Origin: an uncultured delta proteobacterium
Lineage (GTDB): Bacteria > Desulfobacterota > Binatia > Binatales > Binataceae
Assembly (NCBI GenBank): GCA_963711565.1
Contig: CAVQEQ010000004.1
Coordinates: 1,056,001 to 1,120,000, forward strand
DNA length: 64,000 nt
Direction: 5' to 3'
This document shows positions 27,415-38,006 of this stretch, piece by piece; the stretch's first letter is position 1, and every line of letters begins with the position of its first letter. The position numbers and the translations under genes were made by a program. The notes below the pieces were generated by a model. The model saw only the letters and a list, made by a program, of their open reading frames with translations. It made no database searches and was not told the origin of the DNA.

Positions 27415-27795
27415 ATGAAAGTCCATGACGTGCAGTCGGCGCTCGACGAGATTGTTGAGCAAGCCCACGCGAATCCTCGCGGCCGCGCCAACGCGGATTT
27501 CGGGATGCTGAATGACTACCAGCTCGGCCTCGGCCGTTACACGGGACAGTCGCCTTGGGAACGGCATCGCAACGGCGACGAACTGCTCTACGTGATGGAC
27601 GGCGAAGTCGAGATAACGTTGCTGTCGGAAGCCGGCGCAGAAGAGCGCGAAATTCTTCGCAGCGGAAGTCTGTTCGTAGTGCCGCGCGACCGCTGGCATC
27701 AGCTCAATACGTCGAACGAGGTCTCGATTTTCTTCGCGAGCCCGCCCGAAAGCGGCGCCGAGCGCACTCGCGACGACCCTCGCGGCTCGCAGTAA
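27415..27795 (+). CDS. Cupin domain protein, paralogous to the cupins of 23287-24810
   Basis: HDVQSAL..SPWERHRNGDELLYVMDGEV..VPRDRWH. Confidence 0.85.
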   Translation: MKVHDVQSALDEIVEQAHANPRGRANADFGMLNDYQLGLGRYTGQSPWERHRNGDELLYVMDGEVEITLLSEAGAEEREILRSGSLFVVPRDRWHQLNTSNEVSIFFASPPESGAERTRDDPRGSQ

Positions 27796-27910
27796 CCACC
27801 TTCATAATGCGCGCGATCAATGCGCGGCCGTGCTAGGCTTGCCGCAGCAGATCGCCCGGTCTGCTTTCATTACTATTAAACCCGTCGTACGCGACGAAAG
27901 GAAAGCAATC

Positions 27911-28372
27911 ATGCTCGAGACAGGAAAACCGTTTGTCAATTTCGCGCTGCAGAACCAGGACGGCAAGCAGATGAAGCTCGGCGACTTCGCCGGCAAGTGG
28001 CTGGTGGTGTACGTCTATCCGAAGGACGATACTCCCGGATGCACGATCCAGGGCAAGTCGTTCACGGCGAGCAAGGCCGACTTCGACGCGGCGAACATCA
28101 AGGTGGTGGGCGTCAGCGCGGACGACGTCGCGTCGCACAAGAACTTCTGCAACAAGTTTGCGTTCACGATCGATCTGCTCGCGGACACCAACGCGGATCT
28201 GCTCAAGGCGGCCGGCGTCGGGCAGGTCGAGTTCAACGGGGTCAAGTATTGGAGCCGGACCAGCTTCGTGATCGATCCGAAGGGCAACCTGCGTAAGGTT
28301 TATGAAAAAGTGAATCCGCAGGGGCATGAAAAAGTGCTGCTCGACGATATCAAGGCGATGCAAAAGGGTTAG
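27911..28372 (+). CDS. bcp: Peroxiredoxin (BCP/PrxQ)
   Basis: YVYPKDDTPGCTIQ active-site motif. Confidence 0.9.
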   Translation: MLETGKPFVNFALQNQDGKQMKLGDFAGKWLVVYVYPKDDTPGCTIQGKSFTASKADFDAANIKVVGVSADDVASHKNFCNKFAFTIDLLADTNADLLKAAGVGQVEFNGVKYWSRTSFVIDPKGNLRKVYEKVNPQGHEKVLLDDIKAMQKG

Positions 28373-28603
28373 CGTCGAGGGGGCAGGCTCGGACGGCAAG
28401 GGGCACGTCGGGAACGTTTTATTATTGCCGCGAATTTTGATTTGATGGAGTAGTGGCAAGGACCCTGACCAGACGGCGAAGGCGATAGCCGGTTTTGGCG
28501 GATTACCTGAATTTTGGACGAAATTTATCGTCCGATAGCTAGATGGTCCGCTACTTGCCCTGCCTCATGAACCAGGAGTTTCGCTACATTCCAGGAGGAA
28601 TGC

Positions 28604-30247
28604 ATGGTTAAGAAGATCGCCGCCGTGGCCGGCGGCGTTTTGATCGGCCTGTTCATCGCCTTTGCGCGCGTCGGCGCGTTCCCATTCTGGGGTTCCGATT
28701 CCGACGCTTCCAAGGCGCCTCCGGCGCAGCAAGCGCAAGCAAACCCGGCACCTCTGCCTGCACCGCCGGTGCCCGGCGTACAGGTGGCGCCATTGGCGCC
28801 CGCCGCGCCAAATACGCCTGAGCCGGGCGAAAAGGTCGGCGTAATCACGTCGTTCGCTCCGCTGGTCAAGCGCATGATACCGGCCGTGGTGAGCGTAAAC
28901 GTCGTTCAGGATGTGAAAGTTTCGGGGATGCCGTTCGGCCCGCAAGCGGGTCCTGGGGATGACGGCGGCGGCGACGACAACGGCGACAATGGCGACAACG
29001 GCGGCGACCAAGGCGCGGTACCGCCCGGCGGCGGCGATCCGTTCGATCAGCTGCGCCGCTACTTCGGCCAGGGTCAGCGCGAATACAAACAGCACGGGTT
29101 GGGCTCGGGCGTGATCGTGTCGGCCGACGGTTACATCCTGACCAACAATCACGTGGTCGGTAACGCCGAAGAAATCCACGTAACCCTGCAGGACAAGCGC
29201 GAGTTCACCGCCAAGGTGATCGGCAAGGACGCGAAGACCGATCTGGGACTTATCAAAATCGATACCAAGGATGCGCTGCCGGTCGCACCGCTGGGCGATT
29301 CCAATTCTACCGACGTCGGCGATTGGGTGATCGCGATCGGTAACCCGTTCAACGTCGGGATGACGGTGACGGCGGGAATCGTCAGCGCCAAGGGACGAAT
29401 CCTCGGCGGCGACTACGACGATTTCATCCAGACCGACGCGTCGATTAATCCAGGCAACTCCGGCGGACCGCTGATCAATACGCGCGGCGAGGTAATCGGA
29501 ATCAACACCGCGATTTACAGCCGTACCGGCGCCAACAACGGCATCGGCTTCGCGATTCCGATCGACATGGCGCGCAACGTGATGGATCAGTTGAAGGCGC
29601 ATGGACGTGTGATCCGCGGATGGCTGGGCGTCGAGATACAGGAAGTGACGCCTGACCTTGCACAATCATTCGGATTGCCGAAGCCCGAGGGCGCGCTGGT
29701 CGCGAGTGCGGACAAGGACGGCCCCGCGGGCAAGGGCGGAATCGAGCGCGGCGATATCGTGCTCAGCTTCAACGGCCATCCGGTTGACGACGAGCATGAG
29801 TTGCCGGCACTGGTCGCGCAGACGCCGATCAACAGCAGCGTGCCGGTCGAGGTCGTGCGCAACGGCAAGCACATGACGCTCGAGGTTACGATCGGCGAGC
29901 GCAAGGAACCCGAAGTGGCGTCGGCCAAGGCTGAGACGCCGGGCGGGAACTGGGGGATGCAGGTCGGCGATATCACGCCCGAGCTTGCGCAGCAGTTCCA
30001 TCTCGAGGGCACCAAGGGCGTGGTGATTCAGAAGGTCGCGCCGGACAGTCCGTCGGCGGAGGCGGGCTTGCAGCCGGGCGATGTGGTCATGGAAATAAAT
30101 CACGACAAAGTCGCGACGGTTGCGGATTTCGTCGCGAAGGCCAAAGCAGCGCAGGCCAACAAGACGCCGGCGCTCCTGCTGGTGGAGCGCGGCGGCGCGA
30201 CGCTGTACACGGTGGTCAAGCCGGCCGAGGGCCAAGGCCAAGGCTGA
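28604..30247 (+). CDS. Do/DegQ family serine endoprotease with two PDZ domains
   Basis: LGSGVIV, TNNHVV, DLGLIKI, QTDASINPGNSGGPL. Confidence 0.95.
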   Translation: MVKKIAAVAGGVLIGLFIAFARVGAFPFWGSDSDASKAPPAQQAQANPAPLPAPPVPGVQVAPLAPAAPNTPEPGEKVGVITSFAPLVKRMIPAVVSVNVVQDVKVSGMPFGPQAGPGDDGGGDDNGDNGDNGGDQGAVPPGGGDPFDQLRRYFGQGQREYKQHGLGSGVIVSADGYILTNNHVVGNAEEIHVTLQDKREFTAKVIGKDAKTDLGLIKIDTKDALPVAPLGDSNSTDVGDWVIAIGNPFNVGMTVTAGIVSAKGRILGGDYDDFIQTDASINPGNSGGPLINTRGEVIGINTAIYSRTGANNGIGFAIPIDMARNVMDQLKAHGRVIRGWLGVEIQEVTPDLAQSFGLPKPEGALVASADKDGPAGKGGIERGDIVLSFNGHPVDDEHELPALVAQTPINSSVPVEVVRNGKHMTLEVTIGERKEPEVASAKAETPGGNWGMQVGDITPELAQQFHLEGTKGVVIQKVAPDSPSAEAGLQPGDVVMEINHDKVATVADFVAKAKAAQANKTPALLLVERGGATLYTVVKPAEGQGQG

Positions 30248-30337
30248 TCGAGCAATCAGTTATACGGATTGAACGCGCGGCGCATCGAGGAAGTCGATGC
30301 GCCGCGCTTGTTTTGATGCTAGGCGTTGAAGCTTGCG

Positions 30338-31571
30338 ATGGAAGCCTCGCGAAAATTTGACGTCGTGATTGCAGCGCGGCCCGGCAGGACTGGCGACTGC
30401 GATGTTCCTTGTGAAGAATCGGCCAAGCCTGGCGGGTCGAATCGTCGCGATCGAGAAATCGGCGCATCCGCGGTTCAAGGTTTGCGCCGGCGGACTGATT
30501 CCAAAGACGATGCTCGCGCTCGACGAGCTTGGAATCGCGCTCGACGTGCCCGCCGTCGAAGTGATTCGAGGAGAAGCGGCAACTCCGGTGGGCAGCGTCG
30601 ATCTGTCGCGCAACGGCGATGTACTCGCCACCGTGATTCGGCGCGACCAGTTCGACTCGATGCTGGCGCGCGCCGCGACCGAGGCAGGAATCGAAATCGC
30701 GCAACGCACTCGCGTGCTCGGCGTCACTCAGGATGCGGGCGGCGTGCGCGTCAGCACCGACGGTGGCATCTTCGAAGCGCAAGTCCTGGTTGGCGCTGAT
30801 GGCTCGGGAAGCCGCGTGCGTCGCGCTGTATTCGGCGCACGCAAGGAAACGATCGGGCGCGCGCTGATGACGGACATCGCGGTCGATCCTGAGCGCACGC
30901 CCGAGTTTACTGAGAAGCGTTACCGGTTCGACTTCCGCTGCATCAGCGGCGGAATCAACGGTTACAGCTGGTCTTTTCCGTGCTTGATTGGCGGTGCGCC
31001 TCATCTGAACGTGGGCATCTACGATCAACGCTCACACGAATTCACGGAAGAAGGTGGCGAACACGCGCGGATGATCGCGGAACTCGTCGCTGCCTTTCCC
31101 GAACTTCCGCTCGACGGCTTGAAGCGCCACGCCGCGCGATGGCAATCGTTCCCGATTCGATGGTTCGACGCGCGTGACAGCTATGCTCGCGGACGCGTCA
31201 TCCTTGCCGGTGATGCCGCGGGTGTCGATCCGCTGATAGGCGAGGGCATCTCGTGCTCGTTCGAGCATGGCAAGCTTGCCGCAAGAGCGATCTGCAAACT
31301 TCTAGACGGCAACAGCGCCGCGCTCGCGGCCTACAATCGCGAACTGCACGAAGGTGCGGTGGGGAAAAAACTTGGCAAGCTCGCGTTCGCGGCGCGTCAT
31401 TTCTACGGGCCTCGCAGCCGACTCTTCTTCCGTATCGCGCGCATCAGCCGCCCCGCGCAGGAAATCGGCGTCGATTGGTACAACGGCGCGCGGCATCTCG
31501 ACGAGCTGCCGACCCGGCGGCTGATCGCGCGATGGGCGCGTGCGGTTCTATTAGGTGACCCTGTGCGGTAG
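30338..31571 (+). CDS. Geranylgeranyl reductase-like FAD-dependent oxidoreductase, frameshifted at ~30372-30380
   Basis: FDVVIA|GPAG (broken GxGxxG), HPRFKVCAGG, VGADG, AGDAAG.DPL.GEGI. Confidence 0.82.
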
Positions 31572-31605
31572 CATCTCCGGTGTCGCTTGGTGGAGGGGTT
31601 GCGAG

Positions 31606-31926
31606 ATGGCGGATCGAGTACGAGCGGCGTCGTCGCGAAGGGGCGTGGGGAAGCGGCGGCCGGTGAAAAGGAAACGGATGCGGCGGCTGGGAATCCTCGG
31701 GCTGGCCGCGCTCACGGCATTGATCCTGGGATTTTTGGCGAAGAGAATCATGATCCCGTCGGCCGTCCATTACATCGCGTATCGCGCGCCCGATCAGCCG
31801 CAGCCCGCGGGAGATGCAAATCCGCCTGCCGCTTCAGAAGGGCAGGGCGACGCCGGCGGCTCCGAAAATCTGACACCCAGCGATCGCAGTCAGCTCGACG
31901 CGATCATCAAGCGCAAGGCCAAGTGA
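31606..31926 (+). CDS. Small single-TM hypothetical protein
   Basis: Basic N-terminus, TM helix, ENLTPSDRSQLDAII tail; fits the operon spacing. Confidence 0.65.
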   Translation: MADRVRAASSRRGVGKRRPVKRKRMRRLGILGLAALTALILGFLAKRIMIPSAVHYIAYRAPDQPQPAGDANPPAASEGQGDAGGSENLTPSDRSQLDAIIKRKAK

Positions 31927-31937
31927 CGAAGATTTAG

Positions 31938-32774
31938 ATGGCGGGCTCGATGCAAATAGCGGATGACATGGGCTTTCGCGTCGAGCTCGAGCGCCCGCCG
32001 TCGCGAATCGTGTCGCTGGTGCCGAGTTGGACGGAGACGTTGTTCGCGCTCGGTTTCAGCTCCGAAGTCGTGGGCATCACGAAATTCTGTGTCGAGCCGG
32101 TGGCGGCGGTTGCGTCGATTCCAAAGGTCGGCGGAACCAAGAATCCCGACATTGCCGCTATCGTGAAGCTCGAGCCCGATCTGGTGATCGCCAACGCCGA
32201 GGAGAACCGGCGCGAGGACGTCGAGCGGCTCCGTGCGGCGAACATCCCGGTGTTCACGACGTATCCGCGTACGGTGCCCGGCGCGGTCGAGTCGATTCTG
32301 CGATTGGGCCGCGTGCTGAACCGCGAGGCCGAGGCTGCCACACTGGCAAAGGAGATCACGCTGAGCGTGAGCGGTATCGAGGCCGCGCTCGGCGTATGGA
32401 GCAAGCTGCGGCTCCGGGTTTTCTGCCCGATATGGAAGAAGCCGTGGATGTCGTTCAACGCCGACACCTATGCCCATGACGTGCTGCGGATGCTCGGCTA
32501 CAACAATATCTTTGCGTCCGCGGGCGAGCGGTATCCCGTCACGACGCTCGAGAACGCGGTCGAACTCCGTCCCGATATCGTGATACTTCCCGACGAGCCG
32601 TATGAATTCGACGAATCCAACGTCTCCGAGCTGAAGCCGCTTTTGCCGCCCGCGCTCAGTCGTCGCGTGTTGATAGTCAGTGGCCGCGACCTTCACTGGT
32701 ACGGCGTTCACATGGTGGGGGGGCTCAAGTCGCTGGCGGAAAGAATGGCGCGAGTGCGCGCAGCGGTCCTATAA
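31938..32774 (+). CDS. Helical-backbone metal receptor (BtuF/YvrC-like)
   Basis: RIVSLVPSWTETL, VGGTKNPD, ANAEENRREDV, LPDEPY. Confidence 0.88.
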   Translation: MAGSMQIADDMGFRVELERPPSRIVSLVPSWTETLFALGFSSEVVGITKFCVEPVAAVASIPKVGGTKNPDIAAIVKLEPDLVIANAEENRREDVERLRAANIPVFTTYPRTVPGAVESILRLGRVLNREAEAATLAKEITLSVSGIEAALGVWSKLRLRVFCPIWKKPWMSFNADTYAHDVLRMLGYNNIFASAGERYPVTTLENAVELRPDIVILPDEPYEFDESNVSELKPLLPPALSRRVLIVSGRDLHWYGVHMVGGLKSLAERMARVRAAVL

Positions 32775-32828
32775 TTGGGCCGGGCGTAAGGACGCGATGA
32801 GATCGGTCGAGCAGAATGGGAGATTGGT

Positions 32829-33218
32829 ATGATCCCGAAAATCAGCATAGCAGCCGCTTTTTTTCTGATGACGGCGCCGCCGATGGCGTGCGCGTCAACT
32901 CGCGACGCTGCCGGTCGCGCGCCGCTAACCCGCCACGCTCAAAGGTCGGCGCTGGACATGGTTCTCGCGCAGGACGACTCACCCAGCATGGGCACTACCA
33001 ACAACGACAGCGACAACGATAGCAGCGACAACGACAACGATTCCGACAGCGCCGATGACAATCAGAACGCCGACGGCAATCAGACCGATCAAAACGCCGC
33101 CGGCGACGATCAGCCGATTCCACCGACGGTCCTCGGCGCGCCCGACAGCGATTCCGGCGACGCGCAGCAGCCGTCACAGACAAATTCATATCCGCAGCCG
33201 GCGAACCCATATCAATAG
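32829..33218 (+). CDS. Secreted low-complexity Asp/Asn/Gln-rich protein
   Basis: Signal-peptide-like N-terminus; GGGAG RBS; acidic D/N tract. Confidence 0.6.
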   Translation: MIPKISIAAAFFLMTAPPMACASTRDAAGRAPLTRHAQRSALDMVLAQDDSPSMGTTNNDSDNDSSDNDNDSDSADDNQNADGNQTDQNAAGDDQPIPPTVLGAPDSDSGDAQQPSQTNSYPQPANPYQ

Positions 33219-33271
33219 GCTCGCTCGACTCGCGCACCTACTTTTTCGATAGTTCTTCCGGGGTATCGACG

Positions 33272-34473
33272 ATGCCTGCACCACTCGATGGAATCAAAGT
33301 TCTCGATCTGACCAAGCTGGCGCCGGGGCCTTTCTGCACGATGATCCTCGCAGACCTTGGCGCTGAGGTGATCAGAATCGAGGAGCCGGGTCCTCCAACC
33401 GGAAGACGTGCGCAGCAGGCCGGCGCAGCCGGTACGCGTCCGGCGGGCAACAGCTTCAACAGCTCGCCCTACAACGCGCTGGCGCGCAACAAGAAGTCGA
33501 TCGGGATCAATCTCAAGAGCGGCATGGGCAAGGAAATCTATACTCGTCTCGCTCAGCGCGCCGACGTGATCGTCGAGGAGTACCGGCCGGGCGTCGCCAA
33601 GCGGCTCGGGATCGATTACGAGAAGCTGGCGTCGCGCAACCCGCGGCTGATCTATTGCGCCATCACCGGCTTCGGACAGACCGGTCCGTATCGCGACCTG
33701 GTCGGCCACGACATCAACTACATCGCGACCGCGGGCGTGTTGTCGATGTTTGGGCGCCCGGCCAGCCGCCGACGATTCCGCACAACGTGGTTGCGGACTA
33801 CGCCGGCGGCGGGATGCATGGCGCGATCGGAGTGCTCGCGGCGCTAGTCGCGCGCAATCAGACCGGACGCGGGCAATACATCGACATCTCAATGATGGAC
33901 GGCAGCCTGGCGCTGCTGGCGCAGGCGTTCTCGACATTTTTCGCCAACGGCAAACTGCCCAGGCGCGGTGAGACGATCAACGACGGCGGGATTCCAAACT
34001 ACAACGTCTATCTGACCAAGGACGACAAATACATTACGATCGCGGCGATCGAGCCGTGGTTCTTCGCCAACCTCTGTCGCGCGCTCGGCCGCGAGGATTT
34101 TATTCCTCACGAATACGATTCCAGCAAACGCGCGGAAATAGCCCGCGTGTTCACCGAGACCTTCAAGACCAAAACGCGCGATGAGTGGTTCGAGATCCTG
34201 AGCAAGAGCGACATCTGCGTCGGCCGGATGCTCACGCTCGACGAGGTACCGAACGATCCGCAGGTGCTCGCGCGCAACATGATCGTCGAGGTCGAAGGCG
34301 ACGGCGGCAGGAAGTTCAAGCAGGTCGGCATCTCGGCGAAGTTCTCGGACACTCCTGCATCGATAAGGTCGCTCGCGCCGAAACTGGGGCAGCACACCGA
34401 CGAAATCCTCGGCGAGCTGGGCTACAGCAAGGAAGATCTCGATCGCTGGCGCGAGTCGGGCGCGATCAAGTAG
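33272..34473 (+). CDS. CaiB/BaiF family III CoA-transferase (AMACR-like), frameshifted at ~33760
   Basis: LDGIKVLDLTKLAPGP, RNKKSI, GFGQTGPY..GHDINY; continues ADYAGG..APKLGQHT in another frame. Confidence 0.88.
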
Positions 34474-34655
34474 CGCGTTATCGAGCGCGCCGCCAATGCG
34501 CATCTTCAATCGTATCGCGCGCTCCGCGTGAGACGATCGCGAGAGACCTCTCCATTCCGGGAAATACCTGTCGCGCCTGACTGACCGGACGCTCCGTACC
34601 AGTTCTTGCAGAGGTTGGCGGCAAGCGGTAACTCCCGATCAGGAAGGAAGTTGCG

Positions 34656-36254
34656 ATGGCAAATCCAATTCCGCGATCGCTGTCGCACGGCTCGGCCACG
34701 GACAGCGAGCCTACCCAGGCCGGCAAGTGGCTAGTCGCCGCGTCAGTGATGATCGGTACCTTCCTGTCGGTCATGGACGCGACGGTGGTCAACGTCGCGA
34801 TGCCGCACATGATGGGCAGCTTCGGCCAGGACCTGCTGACTATCACCTGGGTTTCGACCGCCTACAGCATCGCCGAGATCATCATGATCACGATGTCGGC
34901 GTGGATGACGACGCTGCTCGGCCGCAAGCGCCTGTTCCTCGCGTCGATGATCTTGTTCACTGTCGGATCGGTATTGGCGGGCACCTCGAAGACGCTCACC
35001 CAGATGATTTTTTATCGGGTTGTGCAGGGCATCGGCGGCGGCAGCCTGATGCCATGCTCGCAGGCAATTGCGCGCGAGACCTTTCCGCCGGCCGAGCAGG
35101 GCATGGCGATGGCGATCTACAGCATGGGCGTTGTGCTCGCACCGGCGATCGGGCCGGTGATCGGAGGATGGCTGGTTGACAATTACGGCTGGCAGTGGGT
35201 CTTCTATATCAACGTCCCGTTCTGCATCGTCGGCCTGATGATGGTCAGCACTTTTGTGCATGACCCGTCGTACCTGAAGCGCGGCGTCGCCCGCATCGAC
35301 TGGACCGGAATCGGCCTGCTCACCGTCGGACTCACGATGATGCAAGTGGTCCTCGAACGCGGCGAAGAGGTCAACTGGTTCTCCAACCACTGGATCGTTA
35401 TCGGTACCGTTGTAGCTTCAGCCTCCATCGTCGCCCTGGTGGTGTGGGAGCTCTACAACGACGAACCGGTAATTAACTTTCGCTTGTTTCGCAACGTCCC
35501 GCTCAGCGCGGGTTCGGGCCTCGGGATGGTCGTTGGCTTTGCGCTCTTTGGATCCAGTTTCCTGCTGCCGCAGTTTACCGAGACCCTGCTCAATTACCCG
35601 GCGTACCAGGCGGGAATGGTTCTGATGCCCCGCGCGGTCGCGATGCTGCTGACGATGCCGCTGGTCGGACGCCTCTACAATCACGTGAGTCCGCGCATTC
35701 TGATTGCCGTGGGCATAGTTGCTCTGGTCGTGGGTTACTGGGAGCTAAGTCAGTTCACCCTCACGGTCAGCTTCGCCAATTTCTTGCCGATCCTGGTGAT
35801 GACCGGTATTGGAATGGGCGCTGCGATGGTGACGATGAGTACGGTGTCGCTGAGCACGATCAATCGCTCGCAGATGACCGGCGCATCCAGCTTGTTCACT
35901 CTGTCGCGGCGCGTTTCAGGCAATATCGCGTACGCGACGCTGGCGACCCTGCTCGCGCGCCGCTCGCAGGTTCATCGCTCGGAGCTGATCAGCGCAGTCG
36001 GTGGCACCAATCCCGTGTTCCGCTCGGCCGACGCACAGTATCGAAGTCTACTCAGCGGTTATGGAATCGCTTCGACGCCCAGCCGGCGACCGGACCTCGC
36101 GATGCTCGACGGAATGGTCAATCGACAGGCGACGATGATGGCCTACAACGATTGTTTTTGGCTGATGGCGGTGATGCTGGTCGCTGTGCTGCCCTTCTTG
36201 TTCCTGCTGCCCAAAACCGGAGTCTCGCAGGAAGCGGAGGCAATCCTCGAGTGA
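34656..36254 (+). CDS. DHA2 family MFS efflux permease (EmrB/QacA)
   Basis: DATVVNVAMP, RVVQGIGGG, GPVIGGWL..WQWVFYINVP. Confidence 0.93.
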   Translation: MANPIPRSLSHGSATDSEPTQAGKWLVAASVMIGTFLSVMDATVVNVAMPHMMGSFGQDLLTITWVSTAYSIAEIIMITMSAWMTTLLGRKRLFLASMILFTVGSVLAGTSKTLTQMIFYRVVQGIGGGSLMPCSQAIARETFPPAEQGMAMAIYSMGVVLAPAIGPVIGGWLVDNYGWQWVFYINVPFCIVGLMMVSTFVHDPSYLKRGVARIDWTGIGLLTVGLTMMQVVLERGEEVNWFSNHWIVIGTVVASASIVALVVWELYNDEPVINFRLFRNVPLSAGSGLGMVVGFALFGSSFLLPQFTETLLNYPAYQAGMVLMPRAVAMLLTMPLVGRLYNHVSPRILIAVGIVALVVGYWELSQFTLTVSFANFLPILVMTGIGMGAAMVTMSTVSLSTINRSQMTGASSLFTLSRRVSGNIAYATLATLLARRSQVHRSELISAVGGTNPVFRSADAQYRSLLSGYGIASTPSRRPDLAMLDGMVNRQATMMAYNDCFWLMAVMLVAVLPFLFLLPKTGVSQEAEAILE

Positions 36255-37228
36255 TCTGCTGCTGCGGAAGCTTCGTCGATCGCCTGTTTGCGGAGACCGA
36301 AATACAGCGCGATCGCGCGATCGGCCTCAAACAGGTGATACGACGCGATATCCGGATTGTTGCGCTGTTGGCTGGCGAGCATCCGCATGTCCTGACGCGT
36401 GAACACCAGCTCGAGGTCGAACTTGGCGGCGAGGCGCGCAACGATTCTGCCGCCGAGCCATCCTGGAATGTAACTCTGTCCGTAGCGCGCCCAGAGCCAG
36501 GTATGGTCGCGATCGATCGGCGTCGCGCTGGCGATGAACTGGATTCCTTTGGCGACCGTAATCGTTGCGAGCGTCGGCAAACACATCGCGGAGGTGAAAC
36601 TGTAAGTCGGCCGCATCCAGCCGGGTCGCTCGTGATGGAGCGAGACTTTCAGTCGAATCACAGCGCCGTCGAGTTTCGCCGCCTGCATCTCGACGCGCGT
36701 CCCCGCTCGGGGAATCGTCGCGCGATGAACGAACGGAATGTGATGGATGTCGCCGAGGTTCTCCATCACGCGCAGGTATGACACCGGATAGTCGCGCTGC
36801 ACGATGCTGGTTCGCGGCCCCGGTTCCGGCGCTTCGGGAATCCAGGGAACTTCCGCCGCGGGTTCCGAATCGCCGTACCAATACCAGATGAGACCATGCG
36901 CCTCGCGGACCTGACGCGTCGGCAAATCGAAGCCTCGCGGTATCGGCTCGCCTTCGCCGTTAGCGGGGATCAGGACGCATTGGCCGGCGGAATCGAAACG
37001 CAGTCCGTGAAATGGACATTCCAGGCAGCCGTCTCGGATCCATCCCAGGCTTAGTTGCGCCGCGCGATGAGGGCAGCGGTCGGTCGTGCAGACGGCGCTG
37101 CCACTACCGTCGCGCCACAGCACGAGTTGCTCGCCGAGGCGGGTGATGCCGACGGGTTTGCGACGTTTCAATTCGGAACTGTCGAAGATCGGGTACCACT
37201 GATTCGGAATAAATTCGTCAGGAGTCAT
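36143..37228 (-). CDS. Rieske non-heme iron oxygenase alpha subunit (VanA/KshA-like)
   Basis: CPHR..CPFHG Rieske motif; ENLGDIHHIPFVH mononuclear Fe motif. Confidence 0.9.
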   Translation of the reverse strand: MTPDEFIPNQWYPIFDSSELKRRKPVGITRLGEQLVLWRDGSGSAVCTTDRCPHRAAQLSLGWIRDGCLECPFHGLRFDSAGQCVLIPANGEGEPIPRGFDLPTRQVREAHGLIWYWYGDSEPAAEVPWIPEAPEPGPRTSIVQRDYPVSYLRVMENLGDIHHIPFVHRATIPRAGTRVEMQAAKLDGAVIRLKVSLHHERPGWMRPTYSFTSAMCLPTLATITVAKGIQFIASATPIDRDHTWLWARYGQSYIPGWLGGRIVARLAAKFDLELVFTRQDMRMLASQQRNNPDIASYHLFEADRAIALYFGLRKQAIDEASAAADHSRIASASCETPVLGSRNKKGSTATSITAISQKQSL

Positions 37229-37890
37229 GGCTCCTCCCCGGATATTGTGTCGCCGCGAGCGAATAAACCTCGCATCGCGATCGCGGTGCCGCGCCGGATT
37301 TCCTTGCGCACCATTTCGTCACTGATTTGGTCGTTCATCAGATATGCGGTCATCCACGTAAAGCAGACTCCGTAGAGGACCGTCGCCGCCGGCAGGGGTT
37401 CTATGTCGGATGCGAGCACGCCGTTGCCGCGATACTGCTCGAGCAGCGATGCGAGTTGTGAAACCAGCTGCGCGTCGCCTTCAAAGAGCCGCTTCCCAAC
37501 TACCCCAGGATCCGCAATTGCGGCGCCGAAAAGTTCGCGCCACAGGCGGCGATCTTCGCGGGTAAAATCTTCGAGAAAAATCTCGGTGAATGCGGTCGCG
37601 GCCGCTACCGGATCGTCCGGGGGGTCGTCGAGGATCTTCCGTCCGCGCGTTAGCAGAGATTCCGACTCGCGTCTAACGATTGCGAGCAGCAGGGCGGACT
37701 TGGACGGAAAGTAGTTGTAGATTGTGCCGACCGCCAGGCCGGCGCGGGCCGCCACGTCCTCCATCGCGACTTCGGCAAAGCCCTTTTTGGCGAACAGCCG
37801 TTCGGCTGCTTTGACGATACGACGTTCGCGTTCCCGTTTCTGGCGGTGGCGGAGGCCAGGAGATTGCTGCACTGCGGGAACTGAATCCAT
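37225..37890 (-). CDS. TetR/AcrR family regulator
   Basis: AERLFAKKGF..MEDVAARAGLAVGTIYNYFPSK. Confidence 0.93.
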   Translation of the reverse strand: MDSVPAVQQSPGLRHRQKRERERRIVKAAERLFAKKGFAEVAMEDVAARAGLAVGTIYNYFPSKSALLLAIVRRESESLLTRGRKILDDPPDDPVAAATAFTEIFLEDFTREDRRLWRELFGAAIADPGVVGKRLFEGDAQLVSQLASLLEQYRGNGVLASDIEPLPAATVLYGVCFTWMTAYLMNDQISDEMVRKEIRRGTAIAMRGLFARGDTISGEEP

Positions 37891-37902
37891 TCATTATTTA
37901 TA

Positions 37903-37955
37903 TTGACACCCGTTCAGTGAGTCTGTCAACAAACATGAATTGATTCATATTCATG
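37903..37955. promoter_or_regulatory. Divergent promoter/operator region with TTGACA-n15-TGTCAA and ATGAAT-TG-ATTCAT palindromes
   Basis: Two inverted repeats in the AT-rich gap between tetR and the aminotransferase. Confidence 0.5.
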
Positions 37956-38006
37956 CCGAACGGCGACGCGTTGCCCGCGACATCGAATCACGGTTAAGAT
38001 TCAGCT

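Noticed and set aside
28960-29010. GGCGACAAC-like short tandem repeats in the protease and AACGAC repeats at ~33000-33060
   Set aside because: They encode low-complexity acidic linkers, are imperfect and in frame, and give no sign of a separate element.
31938-32774. Cobalamin uptake locus or riboswitch
   Set aside because: The binding-protein fold is alone, with no signal peptide, permease or upstream leader space.
36143-36254. 112-bp convergent overlap between the MFS permease and the Rieske oxygenase
   Set aside because: The overlapping Rieske tail looks like non-conserved run-on sequence; probably stop-codon drift or an indel error.
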